A stretch of DNA of 64,000 bases from Candidatus Zixiibacteriota bacterium (GTDB lineage: Bacteria; Zixibacteria; MSB-5A5; WJJR01; JAJRUJ01): positions 79,937 through 143,936 of the forward strand of contig JAGVQM010000019.1 of NCBI GenBank assembly GCA_020051695.1, read 5' to 3'. A program made the position numbers and the translations under genes. The notes below the pieces were generated by a model. The model had not been told where the DNA came from. It saw only the letters and a program-made list of their open reading frames with translations, and made no database searches. Every line of letters starts with the position of its first letter. The first letter of the stretch is position 1. Positions 27,256 through 37,383 of the stretch are shown one piece after another.

Positions 27256-28242
27256 ATGGCGACGGATTATGATTTTCCGACGATTGCGGATGTCCGCGCG
27301 GCAGCGGAACGAATTGGTCCGCACATCCATCATACCCCGGTCCTTACCTGCGAGAGCATTGATCGGCTCACCGGCTGCCGCCTGTTTTTCAAGCCGGAAA
27401 ATTTCCAGAAAGTCGGCGCCTTCAAGTTTCGCGGCGCGACGAACGCCATTTTTTCACTAAGTGAAAAAGAGGTCCGGCGCGGAGTGGCTACGCACTCCTC
27501 GGGGAATCACGCCGCCGCGCTGGCCCTGGCTGCCGCCCGGCGCAACATCCGCGCCTATATCGTGATGCCCGACAATGCCCCGGAGATCAAAAAGGCGGCG
27601 GTGGCCGGGTATGGGGCGCAGATTACGTATTGCAAACCAACGCTCGAAGCCCGCGAGGCGGGATTAAACCGGATTGTCGAACAAACCGGGGCCGTGTTCA
27701 TTCATCCGTACAATAATCCACAGGTCATCGCCGGTCAAGGTACCGCCGCGTTGGAACTGTTGACGGACATCCCGGAGTTGGATATGGTAATCGCCCCCAT
27801 CGGGGGTGGTGGGTTGATGAGCGGCACGGCGATTACTGCGGCCGCCCTGTCGCCGCACACGAAAATTATCGGCGCCGAACCCCGGGGCGCCGATGACGCA
27901 TTCCGGTCTTTGGCTGCCGGCACGATTATTCCATCGGAGAATCCGCGGACGATTGCCGACGGGCTGCTGACTTCGCTGGGTTCGCTGACTTTCCCCATAG
28001 TATCCCGGCATCTGGAACGCATCGTCACGGTAAGCGAGCCGGCGATTATCCAGGCCATGCGGCTGGTCTGGGAACGCATGAAAATAATCATCGAACCCTC
28101 GGCGGCGGTGCCGTTGGCCGCAATCATGGAAGGCAGCTGGAACCAACGGGGCAAACGCATCGGGGTGATCCTTTCCGGCGGCAATGTCGACCTGGCGGCC
28201 CTCCCCTGGTTGGATGAAAAACAAATCTCAGGGCACTCATAA
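27256..28242 (+). CDS. PLP-dependent threonine/serine dehydratase (fold-type II, serine-racemase-like)
   Basis: FKPENFQKVGAFKFRGATNAI lysine motif, the GGGGL glycine loop, and SSGNHAAALALAA. Confidence 0.8.
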   Translation: MATDYDFPTIADVRAAAERIGPHIHHTPVLTCESIDRLTGCRLFFKPENFQKVGAFKFRGATNAIFSLSEKEVRRGVATHSSGNHAAALALAAARRNIRAYIVMPDNAPEIKKAAVAGYGAQITYCKPTLEAREAGLNRIVEQTGAVFIHPYNNPQVIAGQGTAALELLTDIPELDMVIAPIGGGGLMSGTAITAAALSPHTKIIGAEPRGADDAFRSLAAGTIIPSENPRTIADGLLTSLGSLTFPIVSRHLERIVTVSEPAIIQAMRLVWERMKIIIEPSAAVPLAAIMEGSWNQRGKRIGVILSGGNVDLAALPWLDEKQISGHS

Positions 28243-29172
28243 ATGACGATCAACAGAACAATCATCGACTGGCTGCTCAAGGGAGATCCGGCAATCCGCT
28301 GGCAAACACAACGTGATTTACTTGACCTAGGGCAACGGACCTGGGCTGGAGAACGCCGGCGGATGGCCACAATCGGCTGGGGTAACCGCCTGCTGCAGAA
28401 GCAGGGTGCTGATGGCCGCTGGGACGGAGGGATCTATTCACCCAAATGGACCTCGACGCACTATACGTTAATACTCTTGCGCCGCATCGGCCTGCCCCCG
28501 AATAACCCGGCGGCCCGTCGCGGCTGCCGGTATATATTGGCACACAATCTGTCCCATGATGGTGGAATCAATTACTTCCGATCCCAAAAACACAGTGAGA
28601 CTTGTATCAGCGGTATGGCACTGTCTTTCCTCACCTATTTCAAAACCACCGGCCACCAAATCGAACAACTGGTGGCCTTTCTCCTGCGCGAGCAAATGGA
28701 CGATGGGGGCTGGAATTGTCAACGGCATACCGGTGCACACCACAGCTCAGTGCATACCACCATCTCGGCCCTTGAAGGTCTGCAGGACTATCTTGATAAC
28801 AACGGCCGAAGATACGTTGCCACACGTTGCGCCATGCGCCAAGGGCGGGAATTTTTGCTGAAGCACCAACTTTTCCGTTCGGACAAAACCGGGGAAGTCA
28901 TTTCTCCATCGTGGACGATGCTCTCGTTTCCGCCACGCTGGCATTATGACATTCTCCGGTCATTGGACCATTTCCAAACCGCAAGAGCCCCGCACGATTG
29001 CCGTCTGGAAGAAGCCATTGACATTGTAAAGAAAAAACGACGTTCTGATGGTCGCTGGCCGGTCCAAAACCGGCATCCCGGCAAGTCCTTTTTTGAAATG
29101 GAGAAAACCGGGCAACCCAGCCATTGGAATACGCTCCGGGCGCTGCGCGTATTGCGCTGGTGGGACAGATAA
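28243..29172 (+). CDS. hypothetical protein with terpenoid-cyclase/prenyltransferase-like alpha-alpha toroid repeats
   Basis: Repeated QxxDGxW-like motifs (QKQGADGRWDGG, EQMDDGGWNC, KKKRRSDGRWP). Start codon abuts the upstream stop. Confidence 0.4.
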   Translation: MTINRTIIDWLLKGDPAIRWQTQRDLLDLGQRTWAGERRRMATIGWGNRLLQKQGADGRWDGGIYSPKWTSTHYTLILLRRIGLPPNNPAARRGCRYILAHNLSHDGGINYFRSQKHSETCISGMALSFLTYFKTTGHQIEQLVAFLLREQMDDGGWNCQRHTGAHHSSVHTTISALEGLQDYLDNNGRRYVATRCAMRQGREFLLKHQLFRSDKTGEVISPSWTMLSFPPRWHYDILRSLDHFQTARAPHDCRLEEAIDIVKKKRRSDGRWPVQNRHPGKSFFEMEKTGQPSHWNTLRALRVLRWWDR

Positions 29173-29200
29173 TTTTCAGTTGTCCGGAATAAAAATTGCC

Positions 29201-29989
29201 ATGAACATCTCAGCAATTGCCGAAGTTGTGGACTGGGTACAGCATGCCGGGTCGCTGGCACGCGAAGCTCAGCGCGATAGGTCCAAGATTAAACGCGATT
29301 ATAAAAGCGACGGCTCGGTTTCGACCACAATCGATCTACAGGTTGAGGATTTTCTCGTTGAAAAAATCGCGGCCCGCTTTCCCACGGCCAATATTATCAC
29401 CGAGGAAACTGTCCGCTCATATGATCCGAAAAAGCCGCACACCTTTGTCATCGATCCCATTGACGGTACCGATACCTACAGCCAGGGCTTGCCCGGCTGG
29501 TGTGTGTCGGTCGGGTTGCTGGACCACAACTTGCAGCCCATCGCCGGTATCGTCTATTCGCCGCGCATGGAATTATTATTTTTTGCCGATGTCGGCAAGC
29601 AGGCTATCTGCAACGGCATCGCAATCGCCCCGCCCGCCGACATGGCCATCACCCGCAAATCCAACCTGATGGTTTCCTCCCGGATTCTGCGCGATGTCGA
29701 TTTATCCCGTTATCCGGGGAAAATTCGCAGTATCGGCAGCGGCGCGTTACATATGTGTCTGCCGCTGGTCAGCCCGGCGATCATCGGCTCCCTCGGCCAG
29801 CGCGGGGCATATATCTGGGATATCACCGGCGCGCATGCGATTAATAGGTCAATCGGATATGATCTGCAATATCTCAATGGAAAAGGCATGGATTATTCGC
29901 AGATAATCGACGGGAGTCCCGCTGGTGATGTGACCATATCCGGAGCACCCGAATTCATGACTATGATGAGGGAAATTATCGCCGGATAA
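29201..29989 (+). CDS. inositol monophosphatase family protein
   Basis: IDPIDGTDTY and ITEE metal-binding motifs plus WDxxGA-like (WDITGAHAI). Start at the internal MNISAIAE. Confidence 0.8.
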   Translation: MNISAIAEVVDWVQHAGSLAREAQRDRSKIKRDYKSDGSVSTTIDLQVEDFLVEKIAARFPTANIITEETVRSYDPKKPHTFVIDPIDGTDTYSQGLPGWCVSVGLLDHNLQPIAGIVYSPRMELLFFADVGKQAICNGIAIAPPADMAITRKSNLMVSSRILRDVDLSRYPGKIRSIGSGALHMCLPLVSPAIIGSLGQRGAYIWDITGAHAINRSIGYDLQYLNGKGMDYSQIIDGSPAGDVTISGAPEFMTMMREIIAG

Positions 29990-30001
29990 CCAAAGTCGGG
30001 T

Positions 30002-31537
30002 TCATGGATCGGCAGACAGTATCCCGCCAAAGGCCAGCCCGGCCGCTAATAACGTCAGCACCAGATTGAACGACTGGCCGATGATATACAACCAGATCGG
30101 CTTGCCGCCGATCACCTGCCCGGCCAGATCGCGGAAGTCCAATTCCAACCCGATCGAGACGAAGGCCAGACAGAACAGCCACTCCCGCAGTGTCCTGGTC
30201 ATGGCGCCGAGGATTTCTTCTTCCACAACTGCCGGCCCCAGCACCGGCGCCAGAATCAAGGAAGACACCAGCGAGGCGCCGATGAACCCGACCATGAATT
30301 TGGGGAAATGATGCCAGATTGCCCCGGCGCGCGATGGGGGAGGGGCAAGGTCGTCTTCCGTCTTGGTTGCCGAATACACCGCTAAAAAGAGTGCCGTCAG
30401 ACCGATTAATACATTTTTGATCGTCAAAATCGCTGCCGCCGCCTGCTCCGCCCCGGGGCCTGAATACGCACCCGAAGATCCGATCGCGCCGCCGAGCCAG
30501 GCCGCCCCGACGATGGCATCTAGTCCCGTCAACTTGATGCCCAGCGGCAGGAAAATGCCGAATAAAACCGCGCCGATCAGGGTTATACCCACGGCCAGCG
30601 CCAGATCTTTCTTTTTGGCCTGGCATGCTGCCGCGGTCGCAACTGCCGAGGGTACACCGCACAGCGCGGTCGTCGCTGCGACGACAAGCACCAGCCGCTT
30701 GCGGGATATTTTCAGGAATCTCGTGCCGAATAAATACATAAAAACGATCGCGATCGGCGCGGCCAGCCAGGCCACAAACAGACCCGGGCCGCCGAAGGTG
30801 GAGATCTTGTTGAACAGAATCTCCGCCCCCAACAAGACCAGCCCGGTCTTGATGAACATGTCGGTTTTGGCCCCGGCCAACAGCCAGCGGGGTGTGCCGA
30901 CAGTGTTGGAAATCAACAGGCCCAGCGCCAGCGCCCAGAAGGCATACCCCAGCCCATAGGCGTCGATGGTGTATTGACCGGCAAAAACACCGGAGATAAT
31001 GGCCAAAACAAAAATCACCGCAAATCCACTGAGGTATGCCTGTGCCTCGCCGCCCATTGCCTTCACGCCCGCCGCGGTCAGCAAGCCCAGGGCCACCAGC
31101 AGGACCAGGATCGCCAGCAGGTTATTGCCCTGCGACAACGGCCGTGAGGCATGCAGGCCGTCAATCGCCGCCTGATACACGCGGTCCGCCGACAGGCCTT
31201 TCAGGACCTCGCGCCGCTCCGAGGTCATCAAACTCCTGTAGATCAGCAGTTTTTTTTCGGCATCGTATGTCAGATTTTGGGCTGCGGTGGCCGAAAGGTC
31301 CAGGTCCGCAGGTTTGTTTTCCAGCGGCACCGAACGAGTGTAACTCTGAAACGCCGACAGCGGATTGGTGATCCACTCACCGACTCTCGGCGCTTTGCCG
31401 GCAAACCCCAGCACCGCGATGCCGAGAATGACCACGCCAAACCACACTGCCCACCAATCTTCGGTATTTAACGCCTGTAATGTTTTGCCCGCCATGGCTT
31501 GTCCACTGGAGAAATCACACCTGCATTCATTTGCCAC
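30002..31537 (-). CDS. polytopic membrane transport protein, possibly YeiH/UPF0324-like (putative sulfate exporter family)
   Basis: 511 aa with 10 or more TM helices and Gly/Ala-rich helices (TALCGVPSAVATAAAC). Family assignment is tentative. Confidence 0.4.
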   Translation of the reverse strand: MANECRCDFSSGQAMAGKTLQALNTEDWWAVWFGVVILGIAVLGFAGKAPRVGEWITNPLSAFQSYTRSVPLENKPADLDLSATAAQNLTYDAEKKLLIYRSLMTSERREVLKGLSADRVYQAAIDGLHASRPLSQGNNLLAILVLLVALGLLTAAGVKAMGGEAQAYLSGFAVIFVLAIISGVFAGQYTIDAYGLGYAFWALALGLLISNTVGTPRWLLAGAKTDMFIKTGLVLLGAEILFNKISTFGGPGLFVAWLAAPIAIVFMYLFGTRFLKISRKRLVLVVAATTALCGVPSAVATAAACQAKKKDLALAVGITLIGAVLFGIFLPLGIKLTGLDAIVGAAWLGGAIGSSGAYSGPGAEQAAAAILTIKNVLIGLTALFLAVYSATKTEDDLAPPPSRAGAIWHHFPKFMVGFIGASLVSSLILAPVLGPAVVEEEILGAMTRTLREWLFCLAFVSIGLELDFRDLAGQVIGGKPIWLYIIGQSFNLVLTLLAAGLAFGGILSADP

Positions 31538-31710
31538 CGGCGCTCAGTGCGGCACATTTCCCTCGGTCTCTCATTCACAGGCTAGCGCGCAGTCAGCGGA
31601 CTGTCAAGGGCAGTTTCCGATGCGCGAAGATGGGGACGATACCGTGAAAACCCGGCGTGAGAATAACCGCAGGTACAACAAGGAGAAAATCCAATCAGGA
31701 CATGTGTGCC

Positions 31711-32469
31711 CTACCGCAACGGCGGGGGCAGTTTTTTCAGCAGTTTGTCGATCTCATCAAAACGGAACGGCTTCATCAGGTAGCCGTCGGCATCGCCGAA
31801 CTCCTTGCCGTCCACCGACGGGGCATACCCGGTAATCATAATCACGATGGTTTCCGGCGTAGCGGCCTTGATCGTGCGCATCAATTCCGCGCCGGTCATC
31901 CTGGGCAGCATGTAATCGCTGATTACCGCGTCGAACCGCTGGTCCGCCAAGAGCTTTAGCGCCGATTCACCGTCGGCGGCCTCGGTCGGCTGATACCCCA
32001 TCGCGGGCAGGATACCCATCAGGATCTGGCGGAACTCGTCATCGTCCTCGACCACGAGTACCGTTTCGATTTTGCGGGGCGGCTTCCCCGAACGCTGGAT
32101 TGCCGCGGCCAGGACGTTTTTCAACATCCCTTCCAGTTTATCGATCCGAAACGGTTTGGTCAGGAAACCGTCCGCGCCGCCCAGCTGCACGCGGTCGCGG
32201 ATATCCTGGTCGGCGTAGGCGGTGACCATAATGACCGGCAAGTCGGGCCATTGGGCTTTGATCCGGTCCAATAGGGTCAGCCCGTCCCACTCCGGCATTT
32301 TGATGTCGGCGATGACCGCGTCGACTTCCTCCGCGGTCAACCGGCGCATGGCCTCCGGGCCGCCGCCCGCAGTCAGCGCCCGATATCCCGCCGCGTTCAG
32401 GGTCTCCTGTAACAATGACAGGATCCGCTCGTCATCATCAACTACCAGTACCGTCTTCCGGATCGGCAT
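31711..32469 (-). CDS. response regulator with two tandem receiver domains and no output domain
   Basis: Two receiver-domain signatures (VLVVDDDERIL...D...MPEWDG and VLVVEDDDEFRQIL...DYMLPRMTG). Confidence 0.75.
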   Translation of the reverse strand: MPIRKTVLVVDDDERILSLLQETLNAAGYRALTAGGGPEAMRRLTAEEVDAVIADIKMPEWDGLTLLDRIKAQWPDLPVIMVTAYADQDIRDRVQLGGADGFLTKPFRIDKLEGMLKNVLAAAIQRSGKPPRKIETVLVVEDDDEFRQILMGILPAMGYQPTEAADGESALKLLADQRFDAVISDYMLPRMTGAELMRTIKAATPETIVIMITGYAPSVDGKEFGDADGYLMKPFRFDEIDKLLKKLPPPLR

Positions 32470-32489
32470 AGCTCACATCCCGGGTTTGA

Positions 32490-33887
32490 TTACTCCGACG
32501 CTTTCGTTTTTTTCCTGCCCCGGATCAGGGCCAGGACTTCTTCGGTCTTTTCCTCCAGCAATTCGGGGGATGACGCCTCCACGTTTAGCCGCAGCAGCGG
32601 TTCGGTGTTCGAGGACCGCACGTTAAACCACCAATCATCGAAGTCGATGGAGACCCCGTCGATCAGGTCCGGCTCCTCATCTTTGTAGTGCGTCCGAATT
32701 TTCTTCATTACTGCCGGGGCGTCGGTCACCGTGGAGTTGATCTCGCCCGAACGGAAATACGGGTCGATTTTGGCCACCAGTTCTGAAAGCGGTTTGCGCG
32801 CCTGGCCGATGACCTCCAGACAGACCAGCAACGCGATCAGCCCGGAATCGGCAAACCAGTTATTGCGAAAATAAAAATGCCCCGAATGCTCCCCGCCGAA
32901 AACGGCATTGTGTTCTTTCATCAGGGGTTTGATCAACGCATGGCCGACCGGGGTCTTGATCGGATTGCCGCCGTATTTGGTGATGATTTCCGGCACCATT
33001 TTCGAACAGATGGCGTTGTATAAGATGGTCGCCCCCGGTTCTTTTTGCAGCAGGGCTTTGGCCACCAGCGCGACCACCACGTCCCCGCCCAACAGCCGCC
33101 CTTTGTCATCAACCAGGAACATCCGGTCGGCGTCGCCGTCGAAAGCCGCGCCGAAATCGGCGCCTTCCTCGACCACACGCTTGCGCAGTTCCTCGGTGTT
33201 TTCCGGCTCGATCGGCGAGGCCGGATGGTTGGGAAACCGGCCGTCGGGTTCGAAATACATCGGGATGATCCGCTGCGGCAGATGCCCAAAAACACCGGGC
33301 AGGGTCAGGCCGCCGATCCCGTTGCCGGCGTCGATGACGATCGTCGCGGGGAACAACTTGTCTCGGTCGACGAACGACAAGGCGTGCATCGTGTAATCAT
33401 CGGCGATATCGCGCGGGATGACTTTGCCGGTGCCCGAGCTATCGCGATAATCACCCGTGGTGATGATATCACGGATCTGCTGGATGCCTTTTTCGCCCGA
33501 CAGGGGCACAGCATCCTTGCGGCAGATTTTAAAACCGTTATACGCGGCCGGATTGTGCGAAGCCGTCACCATGATCCCGCCGTCATAACCATACTTGCCG
33601 ACCGCAAAATACATCCCGTCGGTGGAGACCAGGCCCAGATCGATGACATCCACACCTGAACGGGTCAGCCCGGAGACCAGCCGCTCGGTCAGTTCATCAG
33701 ATGACAGGCGGACATCCCGGCCCACTGCGATTGTTTTCGGATTAAGGTACGTGGCCACCGCGCGGCCGATGGCATACGCAATATTGGCATTGAGCTGATC
33801 GGGGACTTTGCCGCGGATATCATATGATTTGAAAATCGTCGGGTCGGTGAGGACCGTTGGCGTCGTTCGTTTTTTTACAGTTTTCAT
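32490..33887 (-). CDS. phosphoglucomutase/phosphomannomutase
   Basis: Active-site TASHNPAAYNGFK; sugar-binding GEHSGH; four-domain alpha-D-phosphohexomutase layout. Confidence 0.85.
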   Translation of the reverse strand: MKTVKKRTTPTVLTDPTIFKSYDIRGKVPDQLNANIAYAIGRAVATYLNPKTIAVGRDVRLSSDELTERLVSGLTRSGVDVIDLGLVSTDGMYFAVGKYGYDGGIMVTASHNPAAYNGFKICRKDAVPLSGEKGIQQIRDIITTGDYRDSSGTGKVIPRDIADDYTMHALSFVDRDKLFPATIVIDAGNGIGGLTLPGVFGHLPQRIIPMYFEPDGRFPNHPASPIEPENTEELRKRVVEEGADFGAAFDGDADRMFLVDDKGRLLGGDVVVALVAKALLQKEPGATILYNAICSKMVPEIITKYGGNPIKTPVGHALIKPLMKEHNAVFGGEHSGHFYFRNNWFADSGLIALLVCLEVIGQARKPLSELVAKIDPYFRSGEINSTVTDAPAVMKKIRTHYKDEEPDLIDGVSIDFDDWWFNVRSSNTEPLLRLNVEASSPELLEEKTEEVLALIRGRKKTKASE

Positions 33888-34252
33888 ACCCTCTCCTCGC
33901 ACCCGAAGAAATCATCCGGCCGGACATTCGTCAACTGGTTATTGCATATTCCCCCAACCAGTGTCACATACGCCGGCCGGTCCCCCCTGTTAGTACATCG
34001 ACCGACGATAAAACACCGTTAAGGCCATATTGTGGCAATCTTTGCCGACCGGCAGTGGTTTCCCCCGGCCGGGGGGGCGGGCTGCTCCCCGGGGCGTTGC
34101 CGGCGGCAGGATTCAGAAAGCGGCGGGGAACGCCGATAATGGTAACAAACGGGTGGGGACGGGACAGGGAACAGCGGCCCGATGGGGATGTCGGGCAGGC
34201 CACTGTGTGATGACAACTCACCACACAGTATAAAACCTGATGACGAAAACTC

Positions 34253-34615
34253 ATGTCGAAAAAAGAAATACTGATCATTGATGACGAGCAAATGATCCTG
34301 GATATGCTGGACCAGATCCTGTCCGCCGCCGGTTACGATGTGCAAACTGCACTCGGCGGAAAAAAGGCCCTGGAAATATTTGCCGCACACCCGGTCGGAC
34401 TGGTCCTGACCGACATTAAAATGCCGGGGATCGACGGTTATCATTTGCTGCGGGAAATCAAAGGCCAAAAACCGGACACCCGCATCGTGCTCATGAGCGG
34501 ATACTCCAACGATTTGTCCATCCGTGAAGCCATCGAACTGGGCGCCGATGAATTTGTGGTCAAGCCGTTCAAAGGCAGCGAGATTTTGCAGGTCCTGGAA
34601 TCGGCGATGGAGTGA
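34253..34615 (+). CDS. response regulator, single receiver domain (CheY-like)
   Basis: ILIIDDEQMILDML...DIKMPGIDG...K; 120 aa. Confidence 0.8.
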   Translation: MSKKEILIIDDEQMILDMLDQILSAAGYDVQTALGGKKALEIFAAHPVGLVLTDIKMPGIDGYHLLREIKGQKPDTRIVLMSGYSNDLSIREAIELGADEFVVKPFKGSEILQVLESAME

Positions 34616-34650
34616 CGCCCGCTGTCGATCAACGAGGCAATAACCGGATA

Positions 34651-34687
34651 TAAAAAAGCCCCCGCGACCGGGGGCTTTTTATTTTTG
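34651..34687. terminator. bidirectional rho-independent terminator
   Basis: A-run, then GCCCCCG-CGAC-CGGGGGC hairpin, then T-run. It lies between convergent genes. Confidence 0.6.
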
Positions 34688-34700
34688 TCTCGCCGGTTGG

Positions 34701-35243
34701 TTACGAAGACGGTCCGGCATCGAAGGTCACCATGACCGTGATATCGGTCACATACAGATCAAAGGCGCCTTCCGGTGTCAGCACATATAGATAAAACTTC
34801 CCGGTCTCGACCAGATCCAGCGCCAGGTCAAGGTTTTGCCGGTAGCTTGCCGATTCAGCAAAGGTCATCGTCACCGTGCCGCCCGCTGGCACTGTCAACC
34901 CGCTGAAGACGATGAACGCATCGGCCGCGGCGCGCACGGCCTCCGGCGTCGTGTAGGAACCGTTGGCTGAAAAGTATACTGCACCTTCGGCATCATTGGC
35001 GCCTGACATTTCTTCGATCGTGGCCCGCACCCGGACATCAGAGATATTCTTGATATCGTCCTGATGGTCGATCCACACCTGTTTGGTGGTCAGGTCGACG
35101 CCATGCGCGTGAAATTCGCCGTCGGATTTCGAATAGAAGGCGTTGATATCCAGAGTTTCGATAAAGGTGCCCGAAACCAGGCAGCCGGCAATGGCCAGCA
35201 GGCCCAACCCCGCGAGCACCACGACTAGACTTTTTCCTCTCAT
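34701..35243 (-). CDS. hypothetical lipoprotein
   Basis: Signal peptide with lipobox LLAIAGC; 180 aa; no recognisable domain. Confidence 0.5.
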   Translation of the reverse strand: MRGKSLVVVLAGLGLLAIAGCLVSGTFIETLDINAFYSKSDGEFHAHGVDLTTKQVWIDHQDDIKNISDVRVRATIEEMSGANDAEGAVYFSANGSYTTPEAVRAAADAFIVFSGLTVPAGGTVTMTFAESASYRQNLDLALDLVETGKFYLYVLTPEGAFDLYVTDITVMVTFDAGPSS

Positions 35244-35266
35244 TTTTTCCTCCTGGGGCCGGGCTG

Positions 35267-35815
35267 TTACAGGCCGAGGTAGATATTCAGCCCGCCGGTG
35301 ATCATGCCGTTTTTGCGTGAAGATTCGTTGCCGTCCGGGAACACTTCGCCCCCCGCACGGACTTCAACACCGAAAGTTTTTGAGCCGAATTCCAAGCCGA
35401 CGCCCGCGCCGAAACCAAACTGCGAGTCGGCATCGCGGCCGTCGAAATCCATCGAATTCAGCCGCACACCACCGAACATGAACGGCCGGATACCCGCGAA
35501 CTGCCGGACCGGTGCACCCAAAACCAGATTAGCCCCGAACGACGTCGCTTTCCAGCTTTTCAACGTCTCGACCTGCTCGTTGAATGCCAGGTCAAAATCA
35601 CCGTTTTTCAGCATGAAGATCTGCGGTTCCAGGGTCAGAGCCCAGAATGCGGGCACCCGCGCCCGTATGCCGTAGACCATCCCGTTTTCGGCATCTTCCT
35701 GTTCGACCGGAATGGTGATCCCGGCAAATCCCCCGACGCCCCAGCCGCCGGCAAAGACAGAGGATGCACCGCATAAGACCAGCATCACGGCCGCCACAAG
35801 CACCAGTCGTTTCAT
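35267..35815 (-). CDS. outer-membrane beta-barrel protein (OmpW/OmpA-barrel-like)
   Basis: Signal peptide, alternating amphipathic beta-strands, aromatic-rich, C-terminal YLGL. Confidence 0.55.
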   Translation of the reverse strand: MKRLVLVAAVMLVLCGASSVFAGGWGVGGFAGITIPVEQEDAENGMVYGIRARVPAFWALTLEPQIFMLKNGDFDLAFNEQVETLKSWKATSFGANLVLGAPVRQFAGIRPFMFGGVRLNSMDFDGRDADSQFGFGAGVGLEFGSKTFGVEVRAGGEVFPDGNESSRKNGMITGGLNIYLGL

Positions 35816-35897
35816 AGACTACTCTCCTGATTGATGTAAATGGTTATCATGTCCCCACCCCGATCCTCGGGAGGTATTGTCACCACACCGTAACGCA

Positions 35898-36920
35898 TCA
35901 GGCGTCGCGGAATACCGTTTCGAAGATTTTCCGGGCCTCGTCAGCATCAACACCGTCTTCGGCTATCGTGTATTCCAGGATATTCCGTTTTTCATCGAGC
36001 GATAATTCACCGTCCTCGGCAAAAATATCGAAGTCGATTTTTTCGATTTTGTCCAGCGTGGCCGAATAGATATCGATCAGGAAATCCAGGGCGAAGACGC
36101 GGTCGAGGTCGGCGGTTTTGGCGACATTCGCCAGATGATGCCGTCCCTTTTGCTCGTGCGTCCGCGCCCGCCGGAACAAGTGTTCGGCCATCGCCTTGAA
36201 CGCGAAAGTCGCCTTTTTCTCACTTTTCATCCGGCGCAAATCATCGGGAGCCAGGCCAAACTGGGTCAACTCCGAAAGCGGGATGTACACCAGCCCCTGT
36301 TCACCGATTTCGAGGTCGCGCGAGGCATCCCGCAAAATATGAGTCCAATAGCAGAAAATGGCCAGGTCTTCGGTAGCCTCGACGACTTCATCAAAAGACC
36401 ACTCGCAGATGTACTCGTCGTCCTCCAGTCTGGTCAGCACCAGGTGCATGAACACGACCGCAGGCGCCACCGATGCGCCCTGCATGTACTTTTGCAGCGT
36501 GCGCCAGTCCTTGAAATACGGCATTTCGATGTCCATGACCATCGCCGCGGCCAGGTTTTCCCAGGGATCGGTGGGCAAGTCGAATTTCGAAAACATATCC
36601 GACAACGCCAGCCAGACCGGTCCCTCGTCCGGTTCGAGCGCGAAAGCGTCGCGGACATTGCCCAGCCAATCCTGGATTTTTCCCAACAATTGTTTTTTCT
36701 GCAGCTCGGATAGGTTTTCCCGGTCCGGCAGTTCGTCGACGACATCATCGATAATCCGCATCGAGGCGTACGCCGCGCAAAAGGCATTATAGATCACCGG
36801 CGATTTAAAAAAACGCGCGGCCAGATATAAATTGGGTATACCCCGGCCGGCGATCGCGGCGCATTGCCGATAGGCTTCGGCCACATCGGCCGCATTTGGT
36901 TGTGAGATTTGCGAGTTCAT
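35898..36920 (-). CDS. squalene/phytoene synthase family (trans-isoprenyl diphosphate synthase head-to-head) protein
   Basis: AYRQCAAIAGRGIPNLYLAARFFKSPVIYNAFCAAYASMRIIDDVVDE matches the family signature YxxCxxI...F..A...LP...R.A..A.YAFCR..DD..D. Confidence 0.6.
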   Translation of the reverse strand: MNSQISQPNAADVAEAYRQCAAIAGRGIPNLYLAARFFKSPVIYNAFCAAYASMRIIDDVVDELPDRENLSELQKKQLLGKIQDWLGNVRDAFALEPDEGPVWLALSDMFSKFDLPTDPWENLAAAMVMDIEMPYFKDWRTLQKYMQGASVAPAVVFMHLVLTRLEDDEYICEWSFDEVVEATEDLAIFCYWTHILRDASRDLEIGEQGLVYIPLSELTQFGLAPDDLRRMKSEKKATFAFKAMAEHLFRRARTHEQKGRHHLANVAKTADLDRVFALDFLIDIYSATLDKIEKIDFDIFAEDGELSLDEKRNILEYTIAEDGVDADEARKIFETVFRDA

Positions 36921-37055
36921 GGCCCGATGATACTCATTGACTTGCCCGCTCCCAACAAAAAAAACACTCGCGGCAAAAAAATATCCGCAAAAGCGGGGTA
37001 CTACCCGGCATTTATATCGTATCCCTTAGGGCGGTAAAGCCTTGAATTCGGCGAA

Positions 37056-37078
37056 TAATGTGGCGTTTCGCCACATTA
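37056..37078 (-). terminator. perfect 10-bp inverted repeat hairpin at the hgcB stop codon (candidate operon terminator)
   Basis: TAATGTGGCG-TTT-CGCCACATTA includes the hgcB stop codon. It is followed on the minus strand by UUAUUCGCC. Confidence 0.4.
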
Positions 37079-37372
37079 ACAACAGGTTTGACTGTCTCCG
37101 CAGCCGCAATCCGGCTCGGTGCCGCGCAGACGGGCCAAAATAATGGCATATGCGCAGCCGACACCGGCGCGGACACTCAGCGCCCCCTGAGGGCAATTGC
37201 CGGCGCACGCGCCGCATTCCATACAGGCGTCCCGATCGGTGATCGCCGCTTTTTTGGCCTCGAAAACAAAAACCGCATGCGGGCACACCTGCAGGCAAAT
37301 TCCGCAGCCGTTGCATTTGCCGCGGTCCAGTTGCAACGTGCTGACGTTGGGCAAATATTTCAATTGCGGCAT
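37076..37372 (-). CDS. hgcB: HgcB, 2x[4Fe-4S] ferredoxin with C-terminal vicinal cysteines (mercury methylation)
   Basis: Start at MPQLKYL (ATG at 37372). Two CxxCxxCxxxCP motifs (CNGCGICLQVCP, CMECGACAGNCP) and a C-terminal ...CGCGDSQTCC. It lies 11 nt downstream of hgcA. Confidence 0.75.
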   Translation of the reverse strand: MPQLKYLPNVSTLQLDRGKCNGCGICLQVCPHAVFVFEAKKAAITDRDACMECGACAGNCPQGALSVRAGVGCAYAIILARLRGTEPDCGCGDSQTCC

Positions 37373-37383
37373 AAGTCCAACTC

